DNA of 63,297 bases, the filler included, from Barthelona sp. PAP020 (lineage: Eukaryota), in assembly GCA_040182905.1 (NCBI GenBank). It is 5 parts of 5 records of this genome, joined end to end, with 100 filler letters (N's around TTAATTAATTAA, not from the genome) between each part and the next. Parts side by side here need not be neighbours in the genome. Positions count along the whole stretch, not along the records: positions 25,567 to 38,100 come from JARQWU010000343.1; positions 38,201 to 50,711 come from JARQWU010000344.1; 3 more parts are not named here. One strand, 5' to 3'. Below are positions 33,302-42,314 of the stretch, one piece after another. Each line of letters starts with the position of its first letter. Position 1 is the first letter of the stretch. The position numbers and the translations under genes were made by a program. Under the pieces are notes generated by a model, which was not told the origin of the DNA, ran no database searches, and saw only the letters and a list, made by a program, of their open reading frames with translations.

Positions 33302-36300
33302 ATGAATGAAAATACTATTTATGATGACAATAATGAATTATCAATTGCCTTGCAGCAATTGTGTATAAGTAATGGAATTGATGGAAATAATACAAAATTA
33401 TTTAATAAAGTTGAAACTATTGAAATGTTCATGTATTTTGGTTACACAAGGATGTTAGGATTGAATTATTTCAAGAATGTAAAACAAATTACCATGATAA
33501 ATCAAGAAATTTCCCGTATTGAAGGATTAAATGGATTGTATAACCTTGAAAAATTATGGTTGTGTGAAAATTGTATAAGTAAGATTGAAAATTTAGAAGA
33601 TTTAATTAATTTAAGAGAGTTATACTTGTATTCAAACAATATCAGCAAAATTGAGAACCTCAAACATTTAAAAAATTTGGAAATTTTGGATTTGCATTCA
33701 AACAAGATATTGAAACTTGAGAATCTTGAAAATTTGGGAGATTTAATCAGATTGAATGTTGCTCATAACAAAATACGTGAAGTAGGGCAAAGTTTATTAC
33801 CTTTATTATCGTTACAGTATATAAATTTGAGCTGTAATTCCATTTGTTCATTTAAACAGTTGAAGTGTTTACATTTTCTGCCTCAGTTACAGATTTTGAA
33901 ATTGAATGACCCTAATTTTGGCGGGAATCCTGTTTGTGATTTCCATAATTATGTGACTTTTATCAAGCATCAAGCAAGGAATCTTGTTATGCTTGACGAT
34001 ATTGAATTGCATCCTATTGACTTTAGAGAAGCGGACAGTACATTTAGAAAGAAATATTTGTTTTATGGCATGAAAATCCAACAGATCCAAGCAAAAGCGG
34101 ATGAGATCATAAGAAATATTCAGTCTTATGAACAAAGAGTCCGTAGAAAAATAAAGAGATATGCTGAGATGATCATTGGTGAACCTTTTAAATGGTACTA
34201 TTTGATAGTTTCAACTTTAATTGAACAGCGTTATCTTAGACCTGATGATTGGCTGAAAGGGAAGATTAGTTTTTTTGCTAACCTAAACGATTTAGAAGAT
34301 CGTCTTGTCAATGTGTTTCACAACATGTTTTTGGAAGTGAAAGGACTAGCTGAGCAATATCCTAATGTGATGGTCAATGGGGAAGGATTAGAAACATTTG
34401 TTAGCTATTTCAAGGATCATGTTGCTGTTGTGGCTGAATATATTCATCGTGTTGTAGTTATATATACTCGAATCGATACTATTTATTGGAGAATTGAGTT
34501 ATTCAAAAATGAAGAAATAAGAAGACAATTGATTGAATTGGAGAGTGGTGGAAACATACGTTATGAAGACGTCAACCTGAATTATCTTCCTCAGGTCATG
34601 GGTACCATTCCTGAAGTTAAGAATGTATCCAGGGCCATTAGATTTCACAATCGAAGTTCTTCACAAGTTTTCAATGAACGTGAAGAGCAACAGTTATATT
34701 TAAGAATTCACACGAAGTCATCTGACTTAGATTTGGTTTCTATATTGTTTTCTTTTGCAGAGGAAGGATTTGTACCCATGGAAGTTTTGGAAGAGCAAGG
34801 TTTAACGCCTGCTTATTCTTTGACACCTGAATTCTATTCGATGGAAAGGTTTGCTTTTCTTTGTAAAGTTGAAACTGGTGGTATCATAAATGCAAATTGT
34901 TCTTTGGAGGAGTTATTGTTCAAAAACATTAAGGAAGGTATTTATAGGGTTTCTGATGGTACTTTATGTTGTTTCAGTCCATCACGTTTGCGTATAGAAT
35001 ATATCTTTTATGTAGATTCTATTTCGATAGATGATTTTATGGTTATTGATAAATATATATCTTTAGATGAGGTTATTCCTGCATTTTATCCTCTTAGAGA
35101 TGATTTGATTGTATTGGAAGATACTATGAACAATGTAATTGCCGATTTGAGTAGAATCAATGGAATTGGTTCACCAGGTTCATTTGAATCGTTAGCTTCA
35201 TTCAATTCTAATTCAAATGTGAACCAATTTACTGCACAAACGAATAATATGTTGTTTTTATCATTAACAAATTCACAATTATTAACTTTTCCAAGTGTAC
35301 AATTAAGCAATTTAAATCGAGTTCAAATGTTATGTTTGAATACAAATAAGATATCTGATATTAGTTTTCTCGGTAATTTTACGAATTTACGTTATATTGA
35401 TCTTTCATATAATTTGATTCAAGACATTTCTTTGTTTGATATTAACTCTCAGGTTGAATATCTAGACATTAGTAATAATCAAATTTCCACTAAGAATAAT
35501 TTATTTTTGTTGATACGTATGTTCAAATCTTTAAAATTCTTTGATTTCAGAGATAATTATTTCAATTTGAATTATTTCCCTTTATTATTGAGTCAAGTAG
35601 CTTCAAAATTACCGTTATGTGAAAATTTAAATGGTTTAGAAATCACAAGAATTCAACCTGTTCATATGCAAGATTTTGAAATGAACCAATTGAATCCTTC
35701 CCAATTTGGCAACTCTTTAATATCATTCACAAGACGTATTGATGGTACCTGTATCTTTGATGAACACTCACTAAATACCTTCATAAAGGATAACAGTAGA
35801 GTTGAAAAATTGGATGAATATTTCAATTCTGAAAATTTCTATCAATTCTTACAGGGTGCAAATATGGTTGAGTTTCGTGGATTTCTTTATGGTAAATTAC
35901 CTATTGTTACTGAACTTAAGAATTTGAAACTGTTGATATTGAACAATTCATGTATTGGCCAAATCGTAATCACCAGTCAATTAGTTCAATCTTTGTATCA
36001 ATTAGAAGGTTTAGTGATGAGAAACAATCTGATTAATTTGATTTCAGTTAAGGAGGATGAAAATGCTGATGAACCATTGACTTTACCCAACTTGAAAGTC
36101 TTAGATCTCTCTTGTAATCTATTGAATAGCTTAGATTTTATCAAATGCTTTCCAAACTTGGAATTTTTGGCATTGAATAACAATCATTTTTCAAGTTTGA
36201 AGCCTTTGAATGATCTTACAAAATTGGTTGAACTATATGTTAATTTTAATCAAATTCCAGAAACAAGAGGATTTAAGTTCTTACAAATTCCCAGATTGTC

Positions 36301-37597
36301 AATTTTGAGCACTATTGGTAATCCTTCATATTATGAGGTGGATTCACGTCTTTTCACCATTTTCTTAGTTCCTACAATTAAAATATTGAACGGTAAACCA
36401 ATAGAACCAATAGAACTTGAATCTTGTAAGAAGAAATTTGAAGGTCAACTTACACGTGAAATGCTTGTTTCTCGTATTGGACACTCGTATTTTAAACATG
36501 TTGTTGAATTGAATTTGAGTTCTTTGGGATTGAAAGATGCAGAATCTTTGACTAGATCAGCGTCAACTCAATTTTTAAAAGAATTTCACAACGTTGAAAG
36601 TGTTATCCCCATTAATTTATTGGATATTCAATTTCCTTTGTTACAAGTGTTAAATTTAACCAGAAATAAGTTAGTTAATTTAAATTTCTTTATAGAAGGT
36701 ACTTTACCTTCTTTAGTCGAATTGAGTCTCAGCCGAAATAATCTTCATTCTGGTCATGGATTGGCTTTTGTTGATGAATTTGGGCGGAAGCGAGGATTAT
36801 GGGCGTTATCCAATTTAGATTGTTTGAGAATCACTTACAATGACCTTACCGACCTAAGCTCTTTAAGGTTGCCCCAGTATTTGCCCAGATTGCGTACTCT
36901 GAACGTAGCACACAATAGAATAAATCATCCACATGGATTAACAAATTTGAAGTCTCTTCAAGAGCTCAGTTTAGATCATAATGGGATTAGATCACTCACA
37001 AATGAAATGTTCGTGGGTTTATCCAACTTGGTGGAGTTACGTTTGTCTAACAATCATTTGAAGTCATTGAGTTGTTTAAATCTTTTATCTTCTTTACATG
37101 TTTTATTGATTACTAACAATAGAATATCTGATTTATTTGAGATTCAAAAATTGAACAGCTTTTCCAATCTGATGAGAATTGATCTGACTGGCAATCCCAT
37201 GGCCAAACAAGAATTGTACCTTTCTACTTTGTTATCGAGTTGCCCATCATTAAGAGTCATAGATGGAGAAGAAGTGACTGCTGAGCAAAAGTTAAATTGT
37301 CAAAAACAATTTTATTCTTTTTATCCAAGATCAAACTCTGTGGGTGATGATGAACAAGCTTTTATAAGCACTCCAAGTCAATCTGTGATTCAATATATGA
37401 GAAATAGTTACAATTCAAATGGTACAAAGAGACGTTCTAGTTTTCCAGCATCATATCATCATCAATTTCCCAATCAAAATCAAATTCAGTTGTCAAAACC
37501 AAATAATGATTCTTCTAGAATTCAAAATGGAAACGGTAGAAGAATATTGACCATTAGAACTATAGTTCCACCAAAGAAAGGAGGAAAAAGAAAATGA
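33302..37597 (+). CDS. LRRC9: Leucine-rich repeat protein 9-like (cilia-associated)
   Basis: 1431 aa; N- and C-terminal SDS22-type LRR blocks and the internal ELESGGNIRYED motif typical of LRRC9. Confidence 0.75.
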   Translation: MNENTIYDDNNELSIALQQLCISNGIDGNNTKLFNKVETIEMFMYFGYTRMLGLNYFKNVKQITMINQEISRIEGLNGLYNLEKLWLCENCISKIENLEDLINLRELYLYSNNISKIENLKHLKNLEILDLHSNKILKLENLENLGDLIRLNVAHNKIREVGQSLLPLLSLQYINLSCNSICSFKQLKCLHFLPQLQILKLNDPNFGGNPVCDFHNYVTFIKHQARNLVMLDDIELHPIDFREADSTFRKKYLFYGMKIQQIQAKADEIIRNIQSYEQRVRRKIKRYAEMIIGEPFKWYYLIVSTLIEQRYLRPDDWLKGKISFFANLNDLEDRLVNVFHNMFLEVKGLAEQYPNVMVNGEGLETFVSYFKDHVAVVAEYIHRVVVIYTRIDTIYWRIELFKNEEIRRQLIELESGGNIRYEDVNLNYLPQVMGTIPEVKNVSRAIRFHNRSSSQVFNEREEQQLYLRIHTKSSDLDLVSILFSFAEEGFVPMEVLEEQGLTPAYSLTPEFYSMERFAFLCKVETGGIINANCSLEELLFKNIKEGIYRVSDGTLCCFSPSRLRIEYIFYVDSISIDDFMVIDKYISLDEVIPAFYPLRDDLIVLEDTMNNVIADLSRINGIGSPGSFESLASFNSNSNVNQFTAQTNNMLFLSLTNSQLLTFPSVQLSNLNRVQMLCLNTNKISDISFLGNFTNLRYIDLSYNLIQDISLFDINSQVEYLDISNNQISTKNNLFLLIRMFKSLKFFDFRDNYFNLNYFPLLLSQVASKLPLCENLNGLEITRIQPVHMQDFEMNQLNPSQFGNSLISFTRRIDGTCIFDEHSLNTFIKDNSRVEKLDEYFNSENFYQFLQGANMVEFRGFLYGKLPIVTELKNLKLLILNNSCIGQIVITSQLVQSLYQLEGLVMRNNLINLISVKEDENADEPLTLPNLKVLDLSCNLLNSLDFIKCFPNLEFLALNNNHFSSLKPLNDLTKLVELYVNFNQIPETRGFKFLQIPRLSILSTIGNPSYYEVDSRLFTIFLVPTIKILNGKPIEPIELESCKKKFEGQLTREMLVSRIGHSYFKHVVELNLSSLGLKDAESLTRSASTQFLKEFHNVESVIPINLLDIQFPLLQVLNLTRNKLVNLNFFIEGTLPSLVELSLSRNNLHSGHGLAFVDEFGRKRGLWALSNLDCLRITYNDLTDLSSLRLPQYLPRLRTLNVAHNRINHPHGLTNLKSLQELSLDHNGIRSLTNEMFVGLSNLVELRLSNNHLKSLSCLNLLSSLHVLLITNNRISDLFEIQKLNSFSNLMRIDLTGNPMAKQELYLSTLLSSCPSLRVIDGEEVTAEQKLNCQKQFYSFYPRSNSVGDDEQAFISTPSQSVIQYMRNSYNSNGTKRRSSFPASYHHQFPNQNQIQLSKPNNDSSRIQNGNGRRILTIRTIVPPKKGGKRK

Positions 37598-38030
37598 GAA
37601 AGAACTTGTTTATTTTTCCATAAAAAATATATAAAATTGAAAAGCTTATTCATTCTATTAAAAAAAAAAACAGATAATTTATTTAATTGAGTCATCAAAA
37701 CCGTTTTTTGCAGTGTTTTTGATAATTTGTAAAATGTTTTCTTTTTCTTTTTATCATTTGGTTCTTTTTGTTTTATAAATGGTTGCAAATAACAGACGAC
37801 AAGCAATAAACATAAAAGGTTGTTTTTCAAATTGAAATTTGAAAGAGAAATTAAATTTTTTTTTAAATATTTTAGAAGTTATTATTATACCAAAATAACC
37901 CTACTTCTAACAATTATTGATTTTTGATTGAAAAAGATGGCGGAAAAAAAAATTGAAATTTTCAAACCTTTTCCAATTTTATTTGGAATTTCTTAAGTCG
38001 TTTTTTTGTATTTAGACTAAACATTCAAAA

Positions 38031-38100
38031 ATGAGAGAAGTCATTTCTATTCATATTGGTCAAGCTGGTATTCAAACCGGTAACGCTTGTTGGGAATTGT
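38031..38100 (+). CDS. TUBA: Alpha-tubulin, 5' fragment cut by contig end
   Basis: MREVISIHIGQAGIQTGNACWEL; not in the ORF track. Confidence 0.93.
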
Positions 38101-38200
38101 NNNNNNNNNNNNNNNNNNNNNNNNNNNNNNNNNNNNNNNNNNNNTTAATTAATTAANNNNNNNNNNNNNNNNNNNNNNNNNNNNNNNNNNNNNNNNNNNN
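38101..38200. other. Artificial contig linker
   Basis: N44-TTAATTAATTAA-N44. Confidence 0.98.
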
Positions 38201-38201
38201 A

Positions 38202-38666
38202 AGACAATATTATCCTGTTATTTATACAATGAGTGTCGCCTTATTGATTGAATTAGTTCTTGCTCTTTGGATCTATCCTCTCACTGATAAGGATGTTGAT
38301 CCTTCCATTGTTGTTGGTGAAAATGGTAGAAAGAAAGAAATGAAAGCTGAAGTTGCTACTCCTGAGCAAGACGAAACTGAAGATCAAGCAGTTGGAATTG
38401 ATACTGTTGATGATGATGAAGTTGATGTTGATGATGCTGAGTTTTTGAATGAAATGAAAGATGATAATTTTGATGAAGAAATTGAAGAACAAAAAGAATA
38501 TGTAGTTGAAGAAGATAAAAAACAGAAAGAAGAAATAGAAGAACAAGTTGGAGAAGTTGAAGAGGAAGTTGAAGAATCCGTTGATTCAAGCATACCTTCT
38601 GAAGATGAAATTTCTGATACAAATGAGAATGTTAAAGTTGACGAAAAAGTTGACATTGACATTTAA
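38202..38666 (+). CDS. 3' fragment of a membrane protein with a highly acidic C-terminal tail
   Basis: Frame is open from the contig start (RQYYPVIYTMSVALLIELVLALWIYP...); one hydrophobic helix followed by a D/E-rich tail. Confidence 0.7.
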   Translation, partial: RQYYPVIYTMSVALLIELVLALWIYPLTDKDVDPSIVVGENGRKKEMKAEVATPEQDETEDQAVGIDTVDDDEVDVDDAEFLNEMKDDNFDEEIEEQKEYVVEEDKKQKEEIEEQVGEVEEEVEESVDSSIPSEDEISDTNENVKVDEKVDIDI

Positions 38667-38817
38667 GTGATGATACAGATCTGATAAATTATTTTATCCT
38701 TTTTCTTTTTTACAATTGTAACTTCTGTTGAGAGAGATAAAATTTCAGATTTATCATTTCCCATATTGAACTTGAAAAAGTGCAGGGACACAAACAGAAG
38801 AAAAAAAGCTATGTCAT

Positions 38818-39744
38818 TTATACATTTGTTGTTGATATTCCCTTTCCATTGATTGAAAGATCGCATATCCAATCACCCGTCGCACAACGAATATATTTTG
38901 TTTGTTGCTGAGGTGGAATATCAATAGCAGCTTCAAGCTCATGTAAATCTTCATCAATCCATTTGTCCATGTCAAGAACTAATTGTTTGTGAAATTTCCA
39001 CATGGTTCTTTCTGTTGACTCTATCACTTTTGATCTAATTATGGGAGCCAAAATGAACCCTTTACATCTGATATCTACTTTCTTATAAACTGTGCAAATT
39101 GGCCCTTTGTAATGAGAATTTTCATACCATTGATGATCAAATGGTCCTCGGCCTGTTTTTTTGCTGACATAATCATTTGTTGGAAAATTCATCAAAGATT
39201 CCTCAAAAAGATTCTTCTTAGATATTTTTTTACCCTCTAATTGCTTTTTTAAATTTTCTTTATACCTCTTTAACGCCTGAAGTTCATCTTTTGATACCAT
39301 TGATGGTTCAATCAAGATTCTATCATATTTTTCCATAAGTTCGTCATCTAAATAAAAAGGATTGTTGCAATGAACCAACCCTTCATATACTATTGTTTCT
39401 GTATCAACCAAAAAATCATTTCCAAGCAACGGTGTGGTAAAATGTGTTTGAGACCAAGGAAATATATAGGTTGACACTTCATAAACACTTAGATCTTTGT
39501 TACGAAAGACAGTATTTCGCAACCAGGACGGAATATGAGAACTAAAATTGAATACTCTTAATGTTTGTCTGCCTTCACCCCAATTAGAATGGTTAAAAGT
39601 TGATATATCTCTAATTTCCATATTATCCATTGCTTCATGGGCTGAATCTTGAGGATTTCGTGCTTGAACGTATTCGTAAGCACAACCCAAAGCGTATTCA
39701 TACGCTGTGCATGGTAAAATAATCTTATAAAATTGATGCTTCAT
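38818..39744 (-). CDS. Phosphatidylinositol transfer protein (START-like PITP family)
   Basis: YKIILPCTAYEY, SHIPSW, FPWSQT, SKKTGRGP, PICTVYK motifs; first ATG at 39744. Confidence 0.85.
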   Translation of the reverse strand: MKHQFYKIILPCTAYEYALGCAYEYVQARNPQDSAHEAMDNMEIRDISTFNHSNWGEGRQTLRVFNFSSHIPSWLRNTVFRNKDLSVYEVSTYIFPWSQTHFTTPLLGNDFLVDTETIVYEGLVHCNNPFYLDDELMEKYDRILIEPSMVSKDELQALKRYKENLKKQLEGKKISKKNLFEESLMNFPTNDYVSKKTGRGPFDHQWYENSHYKGPICTVYKKVDIRCKGFILAPIIRSKVIESTERTMWKFHKQLVLDMDKWIDEDLHELEAAIDIPPQQQTKYIRCATGDWICDLSINGKGISTTNV

Positions 39745-39865
39745 TGATAATATTAAAATGATATGGTGGTTTGCTCGAATTTCAATATATTTTGAAAAGA
39801 AAAAAATCTGAAAGTTCGTAAAATGCAATCATAATGATGAAAACATAATTTGACATGCTTAATTA

Positions 39866-40981
39866 ATGTTCATTAAAAAATGTGGGAATATTTTTGGCGA
39901 AGATCTGTTCCACACAATAAAAAAAAATCTTTCAGGATTTCTTTTCTTTTTACTTTCCTTCATGGTGTCGTTTTCCATTTCTTTTACCGAGGGAATTTTT
40001 TTATTTTCAATCATTATTCCTTTCTTTTGTTTATTTTTTGGAAAATATCATGACAACAAAAAATATTTTCATCTTTTTGTTTATACTTTTGTTCCATTCA
40101 TTATTTTACACATTGGTTTGAAAAATATTTATTTACTCGGGGTGATTAGATTGTTTTTGACATTATTTATTTGTGTGTTAGTTCGGTATTCGTATTTTGG
40201 AAAATTTTTTTTTGATGTTGTGAGTTTTGAATACGGTGATACGTCAAACTCAAAGCCAAAGAATATTATTCTATTTAATTGTCTTATTGTTCTGGTTCTG
40301 TTTTATTTTGCGTCATTCTATGTGAATAAGGATGGATACAGGGCAGTTATTATCATTCCTTTGCAACAACTAAAAGATAATTCAGTGGATTTTTCCTTTA
40401 AGTTTGACTTTTGCCGTATCGTCAATATTTACATTATTGTGTTTATGTTGAATGATCTTCCACCAATTATTGTTCATCGCACCACTTTTTCTGTGAAAAA
40501 ATTCCTTTCCATATGCCTCTTATCTGCGTTGGGCTTTCATTTTCTTCTTTTTTTGCTGGCATTGATAAACTACTTGTTTCCTTCTTTGTTGGTTCCTTTG
40601 AATCCCACCAACAAAATAGTATTGAATATTTCAACGCCCCTTTCTGTTCTGTTCTATTTCCCAATTCAGAATTTAGTTACCACAACCGTTTATGAAGAGT
40701 TTATTTGCCGTGGATTGATCTTTTATTGCTTTAAAGCAATATTTGATAATTTTGTTTCAAATAAAAAATTAGCAGTTGGTCTGGCCATTGCAATAACCAG
40801 TTCAATTTTTGGAGCAATGCATTCAGCTGGAGGTATTTTTATGGTGATTTTTGGTGGCCTTGCAGGAGTGTTCTATAACGTGGTTTATTTTTATTGTGAT
40901 TCTTTGTTGGCTGCAATGATTTCCCATGTCTTATTGAATTGGATTCATTTGTTCCTTTGGTGCTATCCATTGCCTATTTAA
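39866..40981 (+). CDS. CPBP/Abi (type II CAAX, Rce1-like) intramembrane glutamic protease
   Basis: EEFICRG, FGAMH and HVLLN motifs in a multi-TM protein; start may instead be ATG 39962. Confidence 0.88.
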   Translation: MFIKKCGNIFGEDLFHTIKKNLSGFLFFLLSFMVSFSISFTEGIFLFSIIIPFFCLFFGKYHDNKKYFHLFVYTFVPFIILHIGLKNIYLLGVIRLFLTLFICVLVRYSYFGKFFFDVVSFEYGDTSNSKPKNIILFNCLIVLVLFYFASFYVNKDGYRAVIIIPLQQLKDNSVDFSFKFDFCRIVNIYIIVFMLNDLPPIIVHRTTFSVKKFLSICLLSALGFHFLLFLLALINYLFPSLLVPLNPTNKIVLNISTPLSVLFYFPIQNLVTTTVYEEFICRGLIFYCFKAIFDNFVSNKKLAVGLAIAITSSIFGAMHSAGGIFMVIFGGLAGVFYNVVYFYCDSLLAAMISHVLLNWIHLFLWCYPLPI

Positions 40982-41143
40982 TCTCATATTTGATCCCTTC
41001 TCTTTTGTGTAAATTTTTTTTTTTTTTGGTGTTTATTATTGTAAAATATTATTTTGTGCATTATATATTCAATTTAACAAGAAATTTACAGCAAAGAAAA
41101 CAAAGATAAAAAAAAATATTTTGTTTGACAATATCTTACTTTT

Positions 41144-42229
41144 ATGCCAATTAATCTTGATACATCGGTGTTTAATTTTCTTGAAAATAGTCAAGGTATA
41201 GGATTATTGATAGGAATTGAATGTGAATATATATTTTCCTTAATGTCATTAAGTGGAAATTTTAAAGATTTGGATGATATTTCTGATCAAATTGTAGATA
41301 TAATTAATGATTTACCGTATGGTTTGCAAGTTTTGGGATTGTATGAAATTATTGAAGGAAATGATGAACCTTTCGTCAGTTTGGAAAAATTGGAAGTTGA
41401 TTTTTTTCAAAATTTCCAATATTCATCTTATGAATTATCCCCTGAATACTTTTCTGATGATAATTCTTTTGATAATTTGATGAAACCATATTTTCCTTTA
41501 ATTTCTGACAATTACTATTATTTAAATTATAATTCTTTGTCAAAAGATATGAAAATATATCAAGTAAACATAGAAGGATATCAGAAGATTCAACCTAAAT
41601 ACGTAAATTTTGAAGAAAAGATCAATTATCATTTGTGCAAAATTCCAATTTATGAAGACATAAAAACCACTATTCAAAGGACTTTAGTTAGTGAAATGTC
41701 ACAAAGCAAAATGCTTGATTCTTCATTAAAAGTTTATAATTCTGAGTGTTTCATGTTTTTGGCAAAAGAACCAATAATTGGTTGTATTTATGGATGTTGT
41801 GCTGTTTTGTATGAAAAAGATTGGCAAACTTTTTTGAAAAGAGATCTTATTTTGTCTGTTTTAAGAAGAACGGAAAAGAATGAATGTCTAAGGAAAATTT
41901 TCTGTACTTGTACTCCTTTAGATAAACCCAAATTTATTGTAGCAATGTATCAAAAAAAAACTGAAGATTTACAAAATTTGATTGATAAGACTGAATTTCG
42001 TCATAGCGGAGTTATTGATATCCTTTTTGAGGAAAAATTCGATGATGTTCCCAAAAAATGGCTGAGGAGTAAAAGAAATGATACTTTGGAAAAAAATTAT
42101 GAGAATGATGACACAAATAAAATTATTGGGAGATTCAAAGTGAATTCAAATGTATATTTGATATTTGCAGCTATTTTTGGAATTTTGATGGCGTTGTATG
42201 CCGCTTTTATAAGACATGTGAATAAATAG
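41144..42229 (+). CDS. ODR-4-like tail-anchored ER protein
   Basis: GLLIG, LPYGLQVLGLY, LKRDLILSVLRR and a C-terminal TM helix resemble the ODR-4 family. Confidence 0.6.
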   Translation: MPINLDTSVFNFLENSQGIGLLIGIECEYIFSLMSLSGNFKDLDDISDQIVDIINDLPYGLQVLGLYEIIEGNDEPFVSLEKLEVDFFQNFQYSSYELSPEYFSDDNSFDNLMKPYFPLISDNYYYLNYNSLSKDMKIYQVNIEGYQKIQPKYVNFEEKINYHLCKIPIYEDIKTTIQRTLVSEMSQSKMLDSSLKVYNSECFMFLAKEPIIGCIYGCCAVLYEKDWQTFLKRDLILSVLRRTEKNECLRKIFCTCTPLDKPKFIVAMYQKKTEDLQNLIDKTEFRHSGVIDILFEEKFDDVPKKWLRSKRNDTLEKNYENDDTNKIIGRFKVNSNVYLIFAAIFGILMALYAAFIRHVNK

Positions 42230-42314
42230 AGATTTGATTGTTAGTTTTTTTTTGTAGCGGTAAATGAATTTTACTGATTGATTTTCTTTTTTGTATGGAT
42301 TGTAATGTAATTGA

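Noticed and set aside
37934..37943. AAGATGGCGG, resembling the animal YY1 site, upstream of alpha-tubulin
   Set aside because: Single occurrence and no evidence for a YY1-like factor
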